Of a stretch of 10,493 bases of DNA, positions 6,960-10,493 are shown one piece after another. The DNA comes from Nitrosopumilaceae archaeon (lineage in GTDB: Archaea; Thermoproteota; Nitrososphaeria; Nitrososphaerales; Nitrosopumilaceae): assembly GCA_050749225.1 (NCBI GenBank), contig JBOGQR010000051.1, positions 1-10,493 of the forward strand, given 5' to 3'. A program made the translations under genes and the position numbers. Position 1 is the stretch's first letter, and every line of letters begins with the position of its first letter. The notes below the pieces were generated by a model. It was not told the origin of the DNA. It ran no database searches and worked only from the letters and a program-made list of their open reading frames with translations.

Positions 6960-8399
6960 TTGTCTGCAACAACCGGTTGTATCTTAGTCGGTGTTGGGAA
7001 TACAAAAGATCCTGAAACAGGACACAAGTATGCATTTAATGTCATATGTGATGTACCAACTACATGTGGTCTAAAAAACTCATGGGGTGATCACAACATG
7101 GGTAATACGGATTATCTTGATGCAACATCAGTTAATGGAACTCATTTCATTATTACCACAAATTATGGATGGGGTGTGTGTGCATCAGAATCATACAATG
7201 AACAAGAAAAAAAAGCAACTATAATTGTAAACGGTTTGTGGGATAATGATACAGTTGTTAATGTACTAATTCCAAAAGTGCTTCTTGGAAATACATTGGT
7301 AACAGTGGATGAGAAGAAAATAACTCCTGATATCATCGATCATCACCCTTCTAATACCACTCTAGTTTGTCCATTGTGCTATTATGAGATGAATATGCAT
7401 CTGCCTTTTTCATCTGCATCTAAAAAAATTGAGATTGGAGCCCAATCCATTCCTGATACTCCGCTAAAGCAATTCAAATCTGGAATTTCTGCTAAAGATA
7501 TTCAATGTAAAGAAGGTCTTGTATTGATAACTAAAACATCAGACAATTTTCCAGCTTGTGTGAAAACACAAACAGCACAGAAGCTTGTTGAACGTGAATG
7601 GGGTTCTATGGTAATTCCCAATGGTTTATTCTATAATGGTACAGGAAGGTCTACTAAAGGAACAATGGTAGTGGATAACACAAACTACACTGTAAACTAT
7701 AGAATTACGAATGCTACGATTCTAAATGTTAAGGAGGATGTGCAAGATAAAGGTCTGATGGTCTCGATAAAGGCAGATGACATGGGGGTGTTAACAATAA
7801 CTATTCCAAGATTATTATTTAATTTTGATATTTCAGATGCACAATGGCAGAGTTGGCATATCCCTGGTCACTACTGGGCAACGAACGATGGCACACGCAA
7901 CGAACAATTCCAAGAGATTAACACTACCTCAACCGACAGAACTTTTTTTATCCACTTTTCAAAGGGAACTAAAGAAATGGAAATTTTTAGACCACTGCCG
8001 CTCATATGTTTGTCTGGTAATACTATGATTGACACCCCAAATGGTGCTACGAACATAAAGGAATTAAAAGTTGGAATGCGTGTGTGGACATTAGACGATC
8101 ATGGTTACAAACAGTCGGCAGTAATTTTGAAGACACAGAAAACCCAAGTACCTTCAATGCACACTATGGTTCACATTGTTTTAGTTGATGACAGAGAAGT
8201 ATTTGCATCCGCCAAACATCCAACAGCAGATGGCAGATTAGTAGAAGTATTGAAAATTGGAGATATTCTTGATAATACAAAAATTAAAACCATTGAACTT
8301 ATTTCGTACAATGAAAACTATACTTATGACATTTTGCCATCTGGTCCAACAGGATTCTATTGGGCTAATGGCATTCTAATTGGAAGCACCCTAAAGTAA
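6960..8399 (+). CDS. Secreted Cys-rich protein with two beta-sandwich-like modules, a two-Cys PLKQ...PACV module and a C-terminal Hint domain (coordinates use the first canonical start, TTG 6960; the true start is probably upstream)
   Basis: The frame is open from 6723. Between 6723 and 6960 it encodes a textbook signal peptide, 'NTKRLHLSIIIILSGILVITNNLAFA|DNTNQ', but has no in-frame ATG/GTG/TTG. The mature part contains 'TPLKQFKSGISAKDIQCKEGLVLITKTSDNFPACVKTQTAQKLVEREW', '...GVLTITIPRLLF...DRTFFIHFSKGTKEMEIF', then the Hint domain. TAA at 8397-8399. Confidence 0.85.
   Translation: MSATTGCILVGVGNTKDPETGHKYAFNVICDVPTTCGLKNSWGDHNMGNTDYLDATSVNGTHFIITTNYGWGVCASESYNEQEKKATIIVNGLWDNDTVVNVLIPKVLLGNTLVTVDEKKITPDIIDHHPSNTTLVCPLCYYEMNMHLPFSSASKKIEIGAQSIPDTPLKQFKSGISAKDIQCKEGLVLITKTSDNFPACVKTQTAQKLVEREWGSMVIPNGLFYNGTGRSTKGTMVVDNTNYTVNYRITNATILNVKEDVQDKGLMVSIKADDMGVLTITIPRLLFNFDISDAQWQSWHIPGHYWATNDGTRNEQFQEINTTSTDRTFFIHFSKGTKEMEIFRPLPLICLSGNTMIDTPNGATNIKELKVGMRVWTLDDHGYKQSAVILKTQKTQVPSMHTMVHIVLVDDREVFASAKHPTADGRLVEVLKIGDILDNTKIKTIELISYNENYTYDILPSGPTGFYWANGILIGSTLK
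7470..7513. repeat. Partner of the perfect 44-nt inverted repeat (6107..6150)
   Basis: Base-by-base comparison. Encodes 'QFKSGISAKDIQCK' in both genes. Confidence 0.9.
8007..8396 (+). other. Hint (Hedgehog/intein-like, BIL-type) autoprocessing domain, 130 aa, at the extreme C-terminus
   Basis: Block-A-like 'CLSGNTMIDTPNGATNIKELKVGMRVWTLD' with Cys1 at 8007-8009. Block-B-like 'FASAKHP' ((T/S)-x-x-H). C-terminal strands 'YTYDILPSGPTGFYWANGILIGSTLK' followed by the stop. No His-Asn and no +1 nucleophile or extein. Confidence 0.75.
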
Positions 8400-8432
8400 T
8401 AATGAAAATTATAATGAATTTGGAGAGAAGTG

Positions 8433-8457
8433 CGTAGTCTTGTATAGGACTACGAAG
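8433..8457. repeat. Conserved hairpin 'cgtagtct-tgtata-ggactacg-aag' between the convergent gene ends (possible bidirectional terminator element)
   Basis: 8-bp stem (7 Watson-Crick pairs plus one G.U) with a 6-nt loop. Near-identical element at 10103..10127. A related stem-loop lies at 877..895. Confidence 0.45.
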
Positions 8458-8493
8458 ATTCCTGTTATCCAGCTGACGGATCTATAGACCCAT

Positions 8494-8502
8494 AAATAAA
8501 AT
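8494..8502 (-). terminator. Oligo-T tract (minus-strand 'attttattt') just after the stop of 8518..9915
   Basis: T-rich run 16-24 nt downstream of the TAG (8520..8518) on the minus strand, resembling an archaeal oligo-T termination signal. Sequence-only call. Confidence 0.25.
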
Positions 8503-8517
8503 CAAACCATCAAATAT

Positions 8518-9915
8518 CTAACTAACATGAATTACATGACTAAATGTATTACCGCCATCTGTACTTATCCTTAGAAATATTCCATGAATATCTCCTCCAC
8601 TATCTCCTGCCAAATAGATCTTGTCACCTGACGATACTATCTGTAAATTTCTGATTCCAACATAATCTCCGTTGTCTTGATTTAGATCAATAGGAACACT
8701 GAAAGTTTGCCCGCCATCAATACTCGTTGTAAAAAATATTTGTTTATGAAAGACTGGTGTTGTTGAGCTCTGTTCCCAAATAGCATACAGTTCATTTTCA
8801 GATAATATTCCTACAGGAGAAAATGGAAGAGCCTCCTTAATGTATTGAGTAATATTGATTGTTTTATCAAAGGTGCTTCCACCATCAATGCTTTTTCTCA
8901 ACACAATTTGCTCACCATTGGAATCATCACTGTTCCACTTTACGTAAACGCCATTTTGTCCATATGCAAGAAGTTGAGAAAACCATGTGCTTGCAGTTCC
9001 ATTATTCAATTTTGTCATCTTATCAAAAGTGAGTCCTCCATCTATGCTTCTTGTAAAAAACAGATCATTTCTGGTCTTGTTAGCTCCTTCAACAAGAACA
9101 TACACTTTATTACCTGATGCTGCAATTGATGCGTCTGATAGATAGATGCTACCGGTCAAATTTAGTACGCTGCTAAAGGTTTGACCATTGTCTGAACTTT
9201 TCCTAAAAAGTACACCAGTATACATGCCTTGGCTGATTTCCTTGCCTAGTCCAAGCGTGTAAATATTTTTGCCAGAAATTGCAAGTTTTAGAAAATTCCG
9301 ATCAGAGTATGGCTCTCCATACAGGTCAACAGTTTTTCCAAACGAATTACCGTTATCAAAGCTTGACCTGAGGATAATGCCATTATTAATTGGATAACCG
9401 TTACTGTCTTTGTTTGCATTATACAATATAGCGTGCAAATCATTCTCATTGAGAAATATCGAGGTACCAGCTGAAATCCCATCACCATCCTTTAGTAGAG
9501 TGACATTGCCAAAGGTAATTCCGCCGTCAATACTTTTTCTGATAAAAGTGTGTCCACCTCCAAAATCATCCCATGTCAAGTATAATGTATTATTTTTTGC
9601 AACTATTGCTGGGTGATAGATAACATCATAACCACGAGTCAGATTAATTATTCTGTTAAAAGAGAATCCGTTATCAGTACTTGTTCTGAGCAGAACAGAA
9701 TTATTTTTAGATGTTGAATTTTCTTGTTGCCATAACACATACACATGGTTTCCAGACACTGCCACTTGAGTGATAAAAGCTGTCGTTGAAGGAGGCTTAG
9801 ATATCCCCCCAATAGGTAAATGTTCCTGTTGAAACGGCAATATTGGTTGTGCAGATTGTGAAAATACAATAAAAAATATTATCGTTAAAGCAACTCCAAT
9901 CGGAAGCGCGATCAA
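8518..9915 (-). CDS. Secreted or membrane-anchored BNR/Asp-box repeat beta-propeller protein (sialidase-fold-like, function unknown)
   Basis: Eight S-x-D-x-G-x-(T/S)-F Asp-boxes: STDNGFSF, SIDGGITF, SFDNGNSF, SSDNGQTF, SIDGGLTF, SIDGGSTF, SIDGGQTF, STDGGNTF. They are spaced ~45-60 aa apart, each preceded by a 'G(N/K)xVYVxW'-type strand. N-terminal hydrophobic segment 'IALPIGVALTIIFFIVFSQSA|QP'. The start shown is TTG 9915; the frame is open up to 9954. Confidence 0.9.
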   Translation of the reverse strand: MIALPIGVALTIIFFIVFSQSAQPILPFQQEHLPIGGISKPPSTTAFITQVAVSGNHVYVLWQQENSTSKNNSVLLRTSTDNGFSFNRIINLTRGYDVIYHPAIVAKNNTLYLTWDDFGGGHTFIRKSIDGGITFGNVTLLKDGDGISAGTSIFLNENDLHAILYNANKDSNGYPINNGIILRSSFDNGNSFGKTVDLYGEPYSDRNFLKLAISGKNIYTLGLGKEISQGMYTGVLFRKSSDNGQTFSSVLNLTGSIYLSDASIAASGNKVYVLVEGANKTRNDLFFTRSIDGGLTFDKMTKLNNGTASTWFSQLLAYGQNGVYVKWNSDDSNGEQIVLRKSIDGGSTFDKTINITQYIKEALPFSPVGILSENELYAIWEQSSTTPVFHKQIFFTTSIDGGQTFSVPIDLNQDNGDYVGIRNLQIVSSGDKIYLAGDSGGDIHGIFLRISTDGGNTFSHVIHVS

Positions 9916-9978
9916 AAGATGTAGAGTTTTCGTGTTTATTATGCGATAACATTGCTATTAGAGATTACTGATAATTTG
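9916..9978. repeat. Right arm of the 63-nt inverted repeat (5' region of the minus-strand BNR gene)
   Basis: The reverse complement reads 'caaattatcagtaatctctaatagcaATGttatcgcataataaacacgaaaactctacatctt'. Similarity to the left arm ends exactly where the two hydrophobic signal-peptide cores begin. Confidence 0.9.
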
Positions 9979-10102
9979 GTGTTATGCTGGATCCTACAGA
10001 ATCCATCCATCTTGATTAGCTTGACACCGTTGATGACTATCTTAATTTTAGTTCAATATCTTCCTAAATTCAACAATCCCACAGAAAGACTCTATGGTCT
10101 TA

Positions 10103-10127
10103 CGTAGTCTCTATACAGATTACGAAG
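10103..10127. repeat. Second copy of the conserved hairpin 'cgtagtct-ctatac-agattacg-aag'
   Basis: Same 8-nt left arm, same 6-nt loop length and the same 'tacgaag' 3' end as 8433..8457. The stem keeps pairing through a G.U-compatible change. An adjacent small hairpin 'agac-tctatg-gtct' lies at 10087..10100. Confidence 0.45.
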
Positions 10128-10244
10128 TGTTTTGTAATGTTTGAAAATACATTCAATCACTAAAGTTTGGTTCTAAAGATTCGAGTCTTGTAATCTTTGA
10201 CCAAATTAGGTTTACAAAACTAATTTGTTCTTCCCAAATCTTTT

Positions 10245-10251
10245 TTTATTA
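10245..10251 (+). promoter_or_regulatory. Candidate TATA box 'tttatta' for the right-edge gene
   Basis: It starts 24 nt upstream of the ATG at 10269 and is preceded by a T7 run. Sequence-only call. Confidence 0.3.
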
Positions 10252-10268
10252 AGAAAACAATTACTGTT

Positions 10269-10493
10269 ATGTACGAAAAAATTAGCCATTCTTTAATGAA
10301 GATGGTGTTCGGTATGGTTATTGCATTAATTCTTATTCTTAATCTAATGTACCCTGCAAAGGTTCTTGCAGATAATAACATGACAGAATGGAATGTACAA
10401 CATGTTATTGGTAAATTTCTAAATTCAAATCCAGCAAAACCAGATCAGATATTCAATTTCCAGTACAGAGTACTTAATGGCACACTTGAAACT
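10269..10493 (+). CDS. Secreted hypothetical protein, 3'-truncated by the window edge; paralogue of the 5617 and 6960 gene products
   Basis: ATG at 10269, with 75 codons open to the window end (absent from the ORF track because there is no stop). Signal peptide 'MYEKISHSLMKMVFGMVIALILILNLMYPAKVLA|DNN'. The mature N-terminus 'IFNFQYRVLNGTLET' matches the start of the module 'YTVNYRITNATILN' / 'ITYQIEGGTIDR' in the neighbours. Confidence 0.7.
   Translation, partial: MYEKISHSLMKMVFGMVIALILILNLMYPAKVLADNNMTEWNVQHVIGKFLNSNPAKPDQIFNFQYRVLNGTLET

Noticed and set aside
7825-8056. ORFs 7825..8028 (+) and 7871..8056 (-) overlapping the module-Hint junction
   Set aside because: They are off-frame or antisense to the conserved Hint block A region and have no independent support.
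8007-8399. Reading the Hint domain as a true (splicing) intein or split-intein half
   Set aside because: There is no C-extein: the stop follows the domain directly. The terminal His-Asn and +1 nucleophile are missing, there is no homing-endonuclease insert, and the host is a secreted protein rather than a typical intein host. A Hedgehog/BIL-like processing domain fits better.
8845-9869. ORFs 8845..9117 (+), 9288..9488 (-), 9410..9616 (+) and 9648..9869 (-)
   Set aside because: All lie within the Asp-box gene in other frames or on the other strand. The eight regular Asp-boxes identify the real frame.
1-10493. Search for CRISPR arrays, tRNA/rRNA genes, transposases, toxin-antitoxin or defence-system genes
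   Set aside because: There are no regularly spaced direct repeats and I could not find a cloverleaf-compatible ~75-nt segment in the spacers. No nuclease, ATPase, methylase or transposase motifs appear in any long ORF. All long ORFs other than the integrase encode signal-peptide-bearing structural or surface-type proteins.

Overview
AT-rich (by eye, roughly mid-30s % GC), gene-dense window. Gene starts look archaeal: A/T-rich TATA-like boxes sit about 24-27 nt upstream of start codons, a leaderless-type geometry. Several protein motifs remind me, from memory only, of ammonia-oxidising Thaumarchaeota (Nitrosopumilales); I could not check this by search. Contents, left to right: (1) the 3' part of a tyrosine recombinase/integrase gene running in from the left edge (1..849, +); (2) a 1448-aa secreted multi-domain cell-surface protein (1024..5370, -) with a tandem 780-nt internal duplication, a second duplicated domain, an FSNS-type low-complexity tract and many N-x-S/T sequons; (3) a 333-aa secreted protein (5617..6618, -); (4) a secreted Cys-rich protein (6960..8399, +; frame open from 6723) whose last 130 aa form a stand-alone Hint (Hedgehog/intein-like) domain; (5) a secreted protein with eight Asp-box (BNR) repeats (8518..9915, -); (6) the 5' end of another secreted paralogue (10269..>10493, +). 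I saw no rRNA, tRNA, CRISPR array or transposase. Most notable observations: the terminal Hint domain on a secreted protein. A 63-nt inverted repeat (57/63 identical, 29-nt perfect core) covers the promoter and first ~12 codons of two convergent, otherwise unrelated genes, with a recombinase gene in the same window. Both repeat copies carry a conserved ATG that is one nucleotide out of frame with the signal-peptide ORF. A perfect 44-nt inverted identity links two diverged paralogues. A short hairpin family recurs in the intergenic spacers. All functional interpretations are inference from motifs read by eye.
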